From: Alphaproteobacteria bacterium | GTDB taxonomy: Bacteria > Pseudomonadota > Alphaproteobacteria > GCA-2746255 | NCBI GenBank assembly: GCA_965249135.1 | Contig: OZ252220.1 | Coordinates: 768,001 to 832,000 of the forward strand | Length of the DNA stretch: 64,000 nucleotides | Direction: 5' to 3' | Part shown: in pieces, positions 1-9,553 of the stretch | How positions within the stretch are numbered: the stretch's first letter is position 1 | Layout of the letters: each line of letters begins with the position of its first letter | The notes under the pieces: model-generated | What the model was told of the DNA's origin: nothing | Seen by the model: only the letters and a program-made list of their open reading frames with translations | Databases searched by the model: none | Program-made: the position numbers and the translations under genes

Positions 1-2
1 TG

Positions 3-245
3 AGTCAGCTGGTGCAAAAATTGCGCGACACCGTGAGGGATCTGCCCATCGGTGTCCCAAGCGAGCCGATCCAGACGGAAGCCGGCATTCACCTTCTCAT
101 GGTATGCGATCGCCCGGATTCGACTGGCCCGGTCAACGACCGTCAACAGGTCCAACTGAACCTGACCATGGAAAAGCTGGACCTTCTCACCCGGCGCTAC
201 CTCCGCGACCTTCGCCGTACGGCCTTCGTAGACATTCGCTTATGA
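3..245 (+). CDS. surA: SurA/PpiC-type peptidyl-prolyl isomerase, C-terminal part (5' end outside window)
   Basis: G.VS.PI.T..G.HLL.VC and ...RRYLRDLRRTAFVDIR C-terminus; directly upstream of pdxA as in the lptD-surA-pdxA-rsmA operon. Confidence 0.85.
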   Translation, partial: SQLVQKLRDTVRDLPIGVPSEPIQTEAGIHLLMVCDRPDSTGPVNDRQQVQLNLTMEKLDLLTRRYLRDLRRTAFVDIRL

Positions 246-1267
246 CCGTCTCGGCCGGCCGCTTGCCGCTGGCGCTCACCATGGGGGAGCCGGCAGGCAT
301 CGGCGGTGAAATTGCCCTGAAGGCCTGGGCAAACCATCACGCCCGTTTGCCTGCGTTTTTCCTGATCGACGATCTCGCCCGACTGGAACGGATGGCGGCC
401 GATCTCGGCCTCGGCATGGCCCCGCACCCGATCGCGACCCCGGCCGAGGCGCCGGCGGCCTTTGCGAAGGGACTCCCCGTCCTTGCCCAGCCGGTTCCAA
501 GGCCGCCTAGCCCCGGAAGGCCGAAGGTTGAGAACGTGCCCGCCGTTCTCGACGCGATCCGGCGCGCCGTCGCCACCGTCGAGGCCGACGCCGCCGCCGC
601 CATCGTCACGTTGCCCATCCACAAGCATACCCTGACGGCGGCGGGCGTCGCCTATCGCGGGCATACGGAGTTCCTCGCCCACCTCGCCGGCAACGGCGTC
701 GAACCGGTCATGCTGTTGGCCACCGACGCGCTTCGGGCCGTCCCCGTCACCATTCACGAGCCGCTTCGCACCGTCGCCGGCCACCTGACGAAGGAGCGGA
801 TCGTCCTTTGCGGCAAGATCGTGGCGAAAGCGCTGGTTCGCGATTTCGGGATCGCCAATCCCCGCCTTGCCGTCGCCGCCCTCAACCCCCATGCCGGCGA
901 AATGGGCACCCTGGGCCACGAAGAACAAGAGGTCATCGCACCCGCCGTCACCGCCCTTCGCCAGCTCGGGATCGTGGTGGAAGGACCGCTCGCCGCCGAC
1001 AGCCTGTTCCACGCAAAAGCGCGCGAAACCTATGACGCCGTCCTTTGCATGTACCACGACCAGGCCCTGATTCCCTTGAAGACGATTGATTTCACGGGCG
1101 GGGTCAATGTGACGCTCGGCCTTCCCTTCGTCCGCACCTCGCCGGATCATGGCACCGCCTTCGACATCGCAGGTCAAGGGATCGCCGATGAGACCAGCCT
1201 CGTCGCAGCGCTTCGGCTTGCCGACGCCATCGCCACCCGCCGGCGTGAAGCCAAAGTCCCCGCGTGA
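242..1267 (+). CDS. pdxA: 4-hydroxythreonine-4-phosphate dehydrogenase
   Basis: TMGEPAGIG, GHTEFLA, LNPHAGE, MYHDQALIP, RTSPDHGTAFDIAG motifs; ATG at 242 overlaps surA stop. Confidence 0.97.
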   Translation: MTVSAGRLPLALTMGEPAGIGGEIALKAWANHHARLPAFFLIDDLARLERMAADLGLGMAPHPIATPAEAPAAFAKGLPVLAQPVPRPPSPGRPKVENVPAVLDAIRRAVATVEADAAAAIVTLPIHKHTLTAAGVAYRGHTEFLAHLAGNGVEPVMLLATDALRAVPVTIHEPLRTVAGHLTKERIVLCGKIVAKALVRDFGIANPRLAVAALNPHAGEMGTLGHEEQEVIAPAVTALRQLGIVVEGPLAADSLFHAKARETYDAVLCMYHDQALIPLKTIDFTGGVNVTLGLPFVRTSPDHGTAFDIAGQGIADETSLVAALRLADAIATRRREAKVPA

Positions 1268-2109
1268 CGAACGCGCTCGCTTCTGCCCGCCCGCCCTTGC
1301 GCGAGGTGATTCGGCGCCACGGCCTCAACGCCAAGCGGCGTCTGGGCCAGCATTTTCTTCTCGATTCGAATTTGACACGCAAGATCGCTGAAGCCGCGGG
1401 CGATCTTGGCGCATGTTCGGTGATCGAGATCGGCCCAGGCCCGGGCGGCCTCACGCGCGCGCTGCTCGATGCCGGCGCGAAACGGGTGGTGGCGATCGAG
1501 CTTGATCCACGCTGCGTGAAGGCCCTCGAAGACCTCGTCGCAGAATGTGCGGACCGTCTTTGCGTGCTGGAGGGCGATGCGCTGACGACCGAGCCCGCCG
1601 AGATGGCGCCGCCGCCGCGCCGCATCGTCGCCAACCTTCCTTACAACATCGCCACGCCGCTTCTGCTGAAATGGCTTTATGCGGCGGATCAGGTGGAGGA
1701 AATGATCCTCACCTTCCAGAAGGAGGTGGCGGCACGGCTCTCCGCAAAGCCACGCTCGAAGGCGTATGGACGGCTTTCCGTCATCACCCAGTGGCGGACG
1801 GAAGTAACGCACTTGTTCGACATCGGCCCGAAGGCCTTCGTGCCGCCGCCGAAGGTCGCCTCCAGCGTTGTTCGCCTGCGCCCACGTAAGGAACCCTTAG
1901 CGCCTGCCGATATCACGAGGCTCGGCCAAGTCACCCAGGCGGCCTTCGGCCAACGGCGCAAGATGCTGCGGACGAGCCTGCAAACACTCGGGCCGGAGGC
2001 GGAAGCGCTGATCAAGGCGGCCGGCATCGTGCCCACGGCGCGCGCCGAAGAGCTTGCCGTCGAAGAATTCTGTGCGCTAGCGCGCGCACTTGCCGAGCGT
2101 TCCGATTAG
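1264..2109 (+). CDS. rsmA: 16S rRNA m6(2)A dimethyltransferase KsgA
   Basis: LGQHFLLD, EIGPGPGGLT, ANLPYNI, AFVPPPKV, FGQRRKML motifs. Confidence 0.97.
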   Translation: MTNALASARPPLREVIRRHGLNAKRRLGQHFLLDSNLTRKIAEAAGDLGACSVIEIGPGPGGLTRALLDAGAKRVVAIELDPRCVKALEDLVAECADRLCVLEGDALTTEPAEMAPPPRRIVANLPYNIATPLLLKWLYAADQVEEMILTFQKEVAARLSAKPRSKAYGRLSVITQWRTEVTHLFDIGPKAFVPPPKVASSVVRLRPRKEPLAPADITRLGQVTQAAFGQRRKMLRTSLQTLGPEAEALIKAAGIVPTARAEELAVEEFCALARALAERSD

Positions 2110-2741
2110 CCTTCGCGCAATCCCTGGACGAAATCCGAAAGCCCGATCCGGCGTTCACGGCGCAGCCGCTCGGCCTTCAGGATCGCAACGATCGCCTCCA
2201 CGCTTTCCTCGAGATCATCATTGACGACCAGGTAATCGAACTCGTCCCAGTGGCTGATTTCGCCCGCCGCCTTCGCCATCCGTTTCTGCACGACCTCCTC
2301 ACTGTCCTGGGCGCGCGTATGAAGCCGGCGGTTCAGCTCCTCCGTCGAAGGCGGAAGGATAAACACGCTGACGAGATCGCCATCGGCCACCCCGCGCAAC
2401 TGCCGGTTTCCCTGCCAGTCAATATCGAGCAACACGTCCTTGCCTGCCTTAAGGCTTGCCTCTACGACCGCCTTCGGCGTGCCGTAGGCATGACCGAAGA
2501 CTTCCGCGTGTTCGAGAAAGGCGCGTTGCGCGACCATCTGCTCGAAGGTCTTCGCATCCACGAAATGATAGTCCTTGCCCTCCGCCTCGCTTAGCCGTTT
2601 CGGCCGGGTCGTGTAGGAGACGGACATCGCGATTAAGGAATCACGCCGCAGCAGCTCATGTGCAATGGTCGTCTTCCCTGCCCCGGACGGCGAAGAAATC
2701 ACCAGCATCAATCCACGACGGGGAATATCCGGCTTTGGCAT
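2106..2741 (-). CDS. gmk: guanylate kinase
   Basis: SSPSGAGKTT P-loop, SVSYTTR, YGTP, DIDWQG, FILPPS; start placed at ATG 2741 (the ORF track extension is not credible). Confidence 0.96.
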   Translation of the reverse strand: MPKPDIPRRGLMLVISSPSGAGKTTIAHELLRRDSLIAMSVSYTTRPKRLSEAEGKDYHFVDAKTFEQMVAQRAFLEHAEVFGHAYGTPKAVVEASLKAGKDVLLDIDWQGNRQLRGVADGDLVSVFILPPSTEELNRRLHTRAQDSEEVVQKRMAKAAGEISHWDEFDYLVVNDDLEESVEAIVAILKAERLRRERRIGLSDFVQGLREG

Positions 2742-2967
2742 GTCGGCTACATATCCGCAATCAAGCGCCCCGGCAAGGACTTCGTGAGCCGCGGCGAAAG
2801 GAGCGCGAAGGCCAGGGAATAGGTTGAAATGCCTCCGACTTTCCGGTTGCAGCCCGGTTCTCAAAGACGCATGATGGAAGACGAGCGGCATCCCTTGGCA
2901 TAGAAGCCCGGATACGCAACCAATTGACGTATCCGGAGAAACCAGGCGTTCAGGAGAGAAAACCCAG

Positions 2968-4071
2968 ATGGAAATCACCGCTGCAATTGCGCGCGAGGCG
3001 AACAAGCCCTTCTCGGTTGAGAAGATCGAGCTCGACGAGAACATCCGTGACAACGAGGTTCTTGTCCGCGTCGTCGCCGCCGGCATGTGCCATACGGACG
3101 TCGTCTGCCGCGACCAGTATTATCCGGTCCCCCTTCCTTTTGTTCCCGGCCATGAAGGCTCCGGTGTCGTCGAGGCCGTCGGCAAAGGCGTCACGAAAGT
3201 TGTCCCCGGCGATCATGTCGTGCTCACCTTCAACTATTGCGGCACCTGTCCAAGCTGTCAGGAAGGCGATCCCGGTTATTGCCATAACCTGTTTGGCTTC
3301 AATTTCGGCTGCGCCCGGCCGTCCGACGGTTCGGGGACGTTAAAAAAGGACGGCGAGCTTATCCACGGTTATTTTTTCAGCCAATCCTCCTTCGGCGAAC
3401 ATGCGATCGCGACGGAACGCAACATCGTCAAGGTGCGCAAGGACGCGCCGCTGGAACTGCTTGGCCCACTCGGCTGTGGTATCCAGACGGGTGCGGGCGG
3501 CGTGATGAACTCGCTTCATCCGCGCGCCGGCACCAGCATCGCCGTCTTCGGCGCAGGCGGCGTGGGGCTTAGCTCGATCATGGCCGCCGTCGTCGTCGGC
3601 TGCACGACGATCATCTCGGTGGATGTGAAACCATCCCGGCTGAAACTCGCTAAGGAACTAGGCGCAACGCACACCATCGATGCTTCGAACACAAACCCCA
3701 TCGAGGAAATCCAGAAGATCACCGGCGGCGGCGCGAATTACACCTTGGAGACGACGGCCGTGCCTGAAGTGCTTCGTCAATGCGTCGATTCGCTGACCCT
3801 TCGGGGGGTCTGCGGCGTCATCGGCGCCGCCCCGCTCGGAACCGAGGTTTCGCTCGACGTGAACAACATCATGTTCGGACGCACAATCCGCGGCATCATC
3901 GAGGGCGACAGCGTGCCCGACATCTTCATCCCGCGGATGATCGACCTCTTCATGCAAGGCCGCCTCCCGATCGACAAGCTAATGAAGAAATATCCGCTTG
4001 CCGACATTAACGATGCGGTGGCCGATTCAGCAAAAGGCACGGCGATCAAGCCGATTCTGATGATGTCGTAA
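2968..4071 (+). CDS. Zn-dependent NAD(P) alcohol dehydrogenase, aryl/benzyl-alcohol dehydrogenase-like
   Basis: GMCHTD, GHEGSG, structural Zn C..C..C.......C, PLGCGIQTGAG, GAGGVG; AGGAG RBS upstream. Confidence 0.88.
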   Translation: MEITAAIAREANKPFSVEKIELDENIRDNEVLVRVVAAGMCHTDVVCRDQYYPVPLPFVPGHEGSGVVEAVGKGVTKVVPGDHVVLTFNYCGTCPSCQEGDPGYCHNLFGFNFGCARPSDGSGTLKKDGELIHGYFFSQSSFGEHAIATERNIVKVRKDAPLELLGPLGCGIQTGAGGVMNSLHPRAGTSIAVFGAGGVGLSSIMAAVVVGCTTIISVDVKPSRLKLAKELGATHTIDASNTNPIEEIQKITGGGANYTLETTAVPEVLRQCVDSLTLRGVCGVIGAAPLGTEVSLDVNNIMFGRTIRGIIEGDSVPDIFIPRMIDLFMQGRLPIDKLMKKYPLADINDAVADSAKGTAIKPILMMS

Positions 4072-4139
4072 GCCATTCGTCCGTTCTGGACGGACAAGTG
4101 ACCATGGAGGGTCTCCTTCATGGCCGCAATTTTTTGCCG

Positions 4140-5111
4140 TTATTTCCGCAGGCGCAACCAGCGACGGACGTTCTTCCGGTGTTCCTTCAGCGTGCGGGCA
4201 AACACATGGCCGCCGCTGCCGTCGGCAACGAAGTAAAGCTCGTCCGTCTCGAGTGGCCTTAGCGCGGCTTCGATCGCGGCGCGCCCGGGATTTGCGATCG
4301 GCCCTGGCGGGAACCCATGGATACGATAGGTGTTGTAGGGATGATCGATTTCAAGGTCGGCCTTCGTCAGCGGTCGATCGAGGCTCCTCTCACCCTGCGA
4401 CAACGCATAGACGACGGTCGGATCCGATTGCAGACGCATGCCCCGCTTCAACCGATTGAGAAAGACGGCGGCGATTCGCGGGCGTTCTTCCGGCACCGCC
4501 GTTTCCCGCTCGATGAGTGAAGCGAGGATGAGCACCTCTTCGGGCGAACCAAGCGGTAGGCCTTCCGCCCGCTCGGCCCATAATTCCTCGAGCGTCTCCG
4601 CCATGGCGCGGCGCATCCGCCCGATCACGGAAGCCCGCCCCTCGCCCCACACATAGGCATAGGTCTCCGGCAAAAGCTCGCCCTCCGACGGCGGCGGTCC
4701 GATCTCGCCGTCCAGCCCGTCTGCCGCCTGAACCAAGGCAAGCACGTTGGCCGTCGTAAGCCCCTCCGCCACCGTGAGCCTGCGAAGCACCGCCTCTCCC
4801 TTGACGAGGATCTCCATCGCCCCTGCCGGCGAAACGAAAGCCGGGAATTCATACTCGCCGGCCCGAAGCGCGCGATCGTTTCCGCTCAATCGCACACCAA
4901 GCCGAAAAAGAAAACCGTTACCAAGGACGCCCGCCGCCTCAAGACGCCGCGTCATCGCCGCGACGCCTTCGCCCCGGGGCATGACGAGCGTGACCGGCTC
5001 GGCCAGTGCGCCCGGCCGATGAAAACGCTCAACGCCGAAGGCGAGGATGCCCCCCGCGGCCATGACGAGGATAAGAAGGCAAAGCCCGGCTCGGAGCAGG
5101 GTGCGCCCCAT
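4140..5111 (-). CDS. mltG: endolytic transglycosylase MltG (YceG)
   Basis: N-terminal TM, AGEY, LASLIERET, LQSDPTV.Y, YNTY, PPGPIANPG, LYFVADGSGGH. Confidence 0.96.
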   Translation of the reverse strand: MGRTLLRAGLCLLILVMAAGGILAFGVERFHRPGALAEPVTLVMPRGEGVAAMTRRLEAAGVLGNGFLFRLGVRLSGNDRALRAGEYEFPAFVSPAGAMEILVKGEAVLRRLTVAEGLTTANVLALVQAADGLDGEIGPPPSEGELLPETYAYVWGEGRASVIGRMRRAMAETLEELWAERAEGLPLGSPEEVLILASLIERETAVPEERPRIAAVFLNRLKRGMRLQSDPTVVYALSQGERSLDRPLTKADLEIDHPYNTYRIHGFPPGPIANPGRAAIEAALRPLETDELYFVADGSGGHVFARTLKEHRKNVRRWLRLRK

Positions 5112-5127
5112 GGGCTATGGGTTCCGC

Positions 5128-6387
5128 TTAACCCGCCGCCGAAAAGATCAGCGACGCATTCGTTCCACCAAAGCCGAAGGAATTCGAGAGCACGGTTTTT
5201 ACCTCCCGCTCCTTCGCCTCGTGGGGTACGAGATCCATGTCGCAGCCTTCCGACGGGTTCTCGAGGTTAAGGGTCGGCGGCACGATGCCGTCTCGCATGG
5301 CGAGAATCGAGAAAATCGCCTCCGTACTGCCCGCCGCGCCCAGCAAATGGCCGATCGACGATTTCGTCGACGACATGGAGACCTTGTTGGCGGCGTTCCC
5401 GAAGAGGCGCTTGACCGCGTCATGCTCGATTTCGTCGCCAAGCGGCGTCGAAGTGCCGTGGGCATTGATGTAATCGATGTCTGCGGGCTCCATCTTCGCA
5501 CTTTGCAGCGCGTTGCGCATCGAACGATAGGCGCCGGAGCCGTCGGGGGCCGGAGCCGTCACGTGATGGGCGTCACCGGACATCCCGTAACCGGAAAATT
5601 CCGCATAAATCTTCGCACTGCGCTTCTTTGCGTGTTCGTATTCCTCCAGAACGACGACGCCGGCCCCCTCTCCGATGACGAAGCCGTCCCGATCCCGGTC
5701 CCAGGGGCGGGATGCCCTCTCCGGCGTGTCGTTGAAATGGGTGGAAAGGGCGCGTGCCGCTGCGAAACCCGCCACCCCAATCCGGCAGACGGCCGCTTCG
5801 GTGCCACCGGCGACCATGACGTCCGCATCTTCCCGCTCGATCATGCGTGCCGCGTCCCCGATCGCATGCGCCCCCGTTGAGCACGCGGTGACGACGGCGT
5901 GGTTCGGTCCGGTAAAGCCGTAACGGATCGAAACATGGCCGGAAACAAGGTTGATCAGCGACGCCGGAATAAAGAAAGGGCTGACGCGCCGCGCGCCTTT
6001 CTCGTGAAGGACGATGGAGGTGTTATAGATGGATTGAAGCCCGCCGATGCCGGACCCGATCAAGACGCCGGTGCGCGCGCGCTCCTCTTCGCCTTCCAGC
6101 TGCCAACCGGCGTCCTCGACCGCTTGGGCCGCGGCGGCAATCCCATAGAGAATGAAATCGTCGACCTTGCGTTGCTTTTTCGGCGCAAGCCAATCGTCGG
6201 CATTGAATTTACCCGGTCCCTCTCCATGCGGGATCAGGCCCGCGATCTTCGAGGAAAGATCCGAAACGTCAAACGTATCGATTTTACGTATGCCGGATTC
6301 ATGCTTGATCAGGCGCCGCCATGTTGTATCCACCCCACATCCAAGCGGGGTGACCAACCCTATTCCGGTAACGACAACCCGTCTCAT
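5128..6387 (-). CDS. fabF: beta-ketoacyl-ACP synthase II
   Basis: RRVVVTGIG, VTACSTG, INAHGTST, GHLLGAAG, SNSFGFGGTN. Confidence 0.98.
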   Translation of the reverse strand: MRRVVVTGIGLVTPLGCGVDTTWRRLIKHESGIRKIDTFDVSDLSSKIAGLIPHGEGPGKFNADDWLAPKKQRKVDDFILYGIAAAAQAVEDAGWQLEGEEERARTGVLIGSGIGGLQSIYNTSIVLHEKGARRVSPFFIPASLINLVSGHVSIRYGFTGPNHAVVTACSTGAHAIGDAARMIEREDADVMVAGGTEAAVCRIGVAGFAAARALSTHFNDTPERASRPWDRDRDGFVIGEGAGVVVLEEYEHAKKRSAKIYAEFSGYGMSGDAHHVTAPAPDGSGAYRSMRNALQSAKMEPADIDYINAHGTSTPLGDEIEHDAVKRLFGNAANKVSMSSTKSSIGHLLGAAGSTEAIFSILAMRDGIVPPTLNLENPSEGCDMDLVPHEAKEREVKTVLSNSFGFGGTNASLIFSAAG

Positions 6388-6462
6388 GCTGAGTGATTCT
6401 TCCGTTCCGACGATCGCAGCAGGCGACGTGACGCTTCAACCACCCGTCGGAATCCGAAACTT

Positions 6463-6699
6463 TTATGATTCCGAATTTTCGATAAAGTCGATCGCATCCT
6501 TGATGGTGACAATCTTCTCGGCCACGTCATCCGGAATCTCGACGCCAAATTCCTCTTCGAACGCCATGACCAGTTCAACCGTATCGAGGCTGTCCGCACC
6601 AAGATCGTCAATGAAACTCGCGTTGCCGACGGCCTTTCCTTCATCGACACCAAGATGTTCAACGACGATTTTCTTCACGCGTTCCACGACGTCACTCAT
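6463..6699 (-). CDS. acpP: acyl carrier protein
   Basis: [20 protein letters not shown] phosphopantetheine site. Confidence 0.98.
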   Translation of the reverse strand: MSDVVERVKKIVVEHLGVDEGKAVGNASFIDDLGADSLDTVELVMAFEEEFGVEIPDDVAEKIVTIKDAIDFIENSES

Positions 6700-6849
6700 T
6701 TCGACTTTTCCTTCGGAATGTTCATTCAGTTTCGGATGTTCGAAGATCCGACAGTGCTTCCCCGCCGAATTGGCTTAACGCCTAGGGTTGCGTCGTTCGT
6801 AACATACTTTTCTACCCTTTGCCAGCGCCAGCCAAGCGGCCTAAACCGG

Positions 6850-7587
6850 CTATATCATGGCCATCCCGCCATTGATGTGCAAGGTCTGCCCGGTGATGTA
6901 GCCGGCCTCATCGCTGGCCAGAAATACGACGCCGCCGGCGACATCTTCCGGACTTCCAAGGCGGCCGTTCGGGATCTGCCCAAGCAGTTGTTCCTTCTGC
7001 GCTTCCGAAAGCGCGTCCGTCATGGCGGTCACGATAAAGCCCGGGGCTACGCAATTGACCGTGATGCCGCGCGAGGCAACCTCCGCCGCCAGCGACTTCG
7101 ACATGCCGATCATGCCGGCCTTCGAAGCGGCATAGTTTGCCTGGCCGGGATTGCCGGTGACGCCAACGATTGAGGTGATGTTGACGATTCGCCCATAGCG
7201 CTCCTTCATCATCCCCCTAAGGCAGGCCCGGCTGAGTCGGAAGGCCGCCGTCAGATTCACATCGAGCACCTTTTGCCAATCCTCGTCCTTCATGCGTATG
7301 ACAAGGCTGTCTCGCGCAAACCCCGCATTGTTGACGAGGATATCGATCCGGCCCAGCCGCTCCATGGCCGCCTTCGCAAGGATGTCCGGCCCATCCGGAT
7401 CCGCGAGCTCGGCTGTGATGGCATAAGCGCCATCGCCAAGCTCCTCGGCAAGCGTTTCCAACGCCTCGGCCCGCGTCCCCGAAAGGGCAACGGCGGCACC
7501 CGCGCGGGCCAGCGCCCGGGCAACGGCGCCGCCGATCCCACCCGAAGCCCCCGTCACGAGTGCGTTTTTTCCGGTGAGATCGAACAT
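6850..7587 (-). CDS. fabG: 3-oxoacyl-ACP reductase
   Basis: TGASGGIG, NNAG, NYAASKAG, synteny; ATG 7587 best spaced from AAAGGAG RBS (alternative 7593). Confidence 0.96.
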   Translation of the reverse strand: MFDLTGKNALVTGASGGIGGAVARALARAGAAVALSGTRAEALETLAEELGDGAYAITAELADPDGPDILAKAAMERLGRIDILVNNAGFARDSLVIRMKDEDWQKVLDVNLTAAFRLSRACLRGMMKERYGRIVNITSIVGVTGNPGQANYAASKAGMIGMSKSLAAEVASRGITVNCVAPGFIVTAMTDALSEAQKEQLLGQIPNGRLGSPEDVAGGVVFLASDEAGYITGQTLHINGGMAMI

Positions 7588-7598
7588 CGCCATCTCCT

Positions 7599-8549
7599 TT
7601 AACTTAAACTCGCCAAAAAGGCTTCGACATCCGCCGGCGTACCGACCGTCACGGCTGTAAGCTCGCGATCGATCCGCCGGGCAAGGCCACTGAGTATTTT
7701 ACCGGCTCCGACCTCGACCAGGCCGGTGACGCTGAGCGCCTTCATGCCAAGAACGGATTCCCGCCAGCGAACCATGCCCGTCACCTGATCCACCAGCAGG
7801 CCGCGGATCGTTTCCGGATCGCTCACGGCCTTCGCCGTTACGTTCGCAATCAACGGCACGACCGGCGGCGCAATGGAAATGTCGGCGAGCGCTTCTCGCA
7901 TCCGATCGGCGGCGGGCTGCATCAACGGACAATGAAACGGCGCGCTCACCGGAAGACGCACGCTTTTCTTCGCGCCGCGCTCGGTAGCAAGCACGATGGC
8001 GCATTCGATCGCATCCTTGCTGCCGCTGACGACGGCCTGACCGGGCGCGTTGTCGTTTGCCGCCGCACACACGCCGCCGGTTTGCCTGGCCGCTTCTTCC
8101 GCGATCCCGGTTGCCGCCTCGAGATCGAGGCCAAGCAGGGCGGCCATCGCCCCTTCGCCGACGGGAACGGCCTTCTGCATCGCTTCGCCACGCGTCTTCA
8201 AGAGACGCGCCGTCACCCCAAGCTCGAGCGCGCCGGCCGCCGCCAACGCGGAGTATTCCCCTAGCGAGTGCCCGGCCACGCAGACCGCCGTCTCACCGAG
8301 GACGATCCCTCCCTCTTTTTCCAGCGTGCTCATGGCGGCAAGGCTCACCGCCATCAGCGCCGGCTGCGCGTTTTCGGTCAAGGTGAGCTCGGCTTCCGGG
8401 CCTTCGAACATGAGCCGGCTTAAATTCTGGCCAAGGGCGTCGTCCACCGCTTCAAACACTTCACGCGCAGAGGCAAAGGCATCCGCCAGCTCCTTTCCCA
8501 TTCCGACGGCCTGAGACCCCTGACCCGGAAAGACAAACGCCCTTGCCAC
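7599..8549 (-). CDS. fabD: malonyl-CoA:ACP transacylase
   Basis: FPGQGSQ, GHSLGEY, VSAPFH; GTG start approximate. Confidence 0.96.
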   Translation of the reverse strand: MARAFVFPGQGSQAVGMGKELADAFASAREVFEAVDDALGQNLSRLMFEGPEAELTLTENAQPALMAVSLAAMSTLEKEGGIVLGETAVCVAGHSLGEYSALAAAGALELGVTARLLKTRGEAMQKAVPVGEGAMAALLGLDLEAATGIAEEAARQTGGVCAAANDNAPGQAVVSGSKDAIECAIVLATERGAKKSVRLPVSAPFHCPLMQPAADRMREALADISIAPPVVPLIANVTAKAVSDPETIRGLLVDQVTGMVRWRESVLGMKALSVTGLVEVGAGKILSGLARRIDRELTAVTVGTPADVEAFLASLS

Positions 8550-8554
8550 CTTCA

Positions 8555-8598
8555 CCAAACTCCTTTTCGGCAAACGCCAAACTCCTTTTCGGCAAACG
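8555..8598. repeat. perfect 2 x 22-bp tandem duplication CCAAACTCCTTTTCGGCAAACG covering the fabD RBS
   Basis: units 8555-8576 and 8577-8598 are identical; read on minus strand they contain AAAAGGAG. Confidence 0.95.
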
Positions 8599-8640
8599 AA
8601 CGGCCAGTGATAGCGCCTCTCCCTGCCCTGTCAAGCGACC

Positions 8641-8668
8641 TTGCGGACCTAGGCGGTTCGTGTATAGT
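8641..8668 (+). promoter_or_regulatory. putative sigma70 promoter of the rpsF operon
   Basis: TTGCGG (8641-8646), 16-nt spacer, TATAGT (8663-8668), ~120 nt upstream of rpsF. Confidence 0.45.
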
Positions 8669-8786
8669 GCGGCGCATTCTTACTCCTTGCCGGTGGTAAT
8701 GTCGGCTAGGTTCGGGCGGCTAGCTAAGGTTTGATCAGGGCATGGCGCCGGACCGTGAATAGCCAGAAGGGGTTCTTAAGCGTCCC

Positions 8787-9272
8787 ATGCCTCTCTATGA
8801 GCACGTCTTCATTGCGCGCCAGGACATCTCCTCGGCGCAGGTCGATAGCCTGACAAGCACATTTTTCGCCCTCGTGAAGGAACAGGGCGGCAAGGTCGAG
8901 AAGACGGAATATTGGGGCCTTCGAACACTTGCCTATCGGATCAAGAAGAACCGCAAGGGCCATTACGTTCTTTTTAATCTGGACGCACCGCCGAATGCCC
9001 TTCAGGAGCTTGAGCGAAACGAGCGCCTGAACGAGGACATCCTCCATTACATGACGATCCGCGTCGAGGAACTGGAGGAAGCGCCGTCCGTGCTGATGCG
9101 GGCCCGCGCCAACCGGGACGAGCCTCCAAAAGAGCGCGGACGTTACGATCGCGGCGTAAAGCCGCAAGTAGCCCCCACGGATCAAGCACCGGAAGCGGGC
9201 AAAGCCGCGCCGGACACGCCGGAATTAAAGGAAGAGGCCCCCGGAGAGAAGAAAGAAGAGAAGGAAGCATAG
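8787..9272 (+). CDS. rpsF: 30S ribosomal protein S6 with acidic C-terminal tail
   Basis: [33 protein letters not shown]. Confidence 0.97.
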   Translation: MPLYEHVFIARQDISSAQVDSLTSTFFALVKEQGGKVEKTEYWGLRTLAYRIKKNRKGHYVLFNLDAPPNALQELERNERLNEDILHYMTIRVEELEEAPSVLMRARANRDEPPKERGRYDRGVKPQVAPTDQAPEAGKAAPDTPELKEEAPGEKKEEKEA

Positions 9273-9275
9273 AAG

Positions 9276-9527
9276 ATGGCGCCCCCACCGAATTCCGGAG
9301 AAACACGTCGGCCATTCTTTCGCCGCAGGAAGAGCTGTCCGTTTTCCGGGCCGGATGCCCTGAAGATCGACTACAAGGACACGCGGCTCTTGCAGCGCTT
9401 CATCTCCGAACGCGGGAAGATTGTGCCAAGCCGGATCACCAGCGTCTCCACGAAGAAACAGCGCGAGCTCGCCCGGGCGATCAAACGCGCGCGCAACATC
9501 GCGCTTCTGCCGTTCCTGATCAAATAG
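9276..9527 (+). CDS. rpsR: 30S ribosomal protein S18
   Basis: [33 protein letters not shown]. Confidence 0.98.
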   Translation: MAPPPNSGETRRPFFRRRKSCPFSGPDALKIDYKDTRLLQRFISERGKIVPSRITSVSTKKQRELARAIKRARNIALLPFLIK

Positions 9528-9553
9528 GGCGCCACCGCCTGCCTTTGAGAACG

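Noticed and set aside
2881-2900. sigma54 promoter upstream of the alcohol dehydrogenase
   Set aside because: GG-GC spacing is 9 nt rather than the required 10
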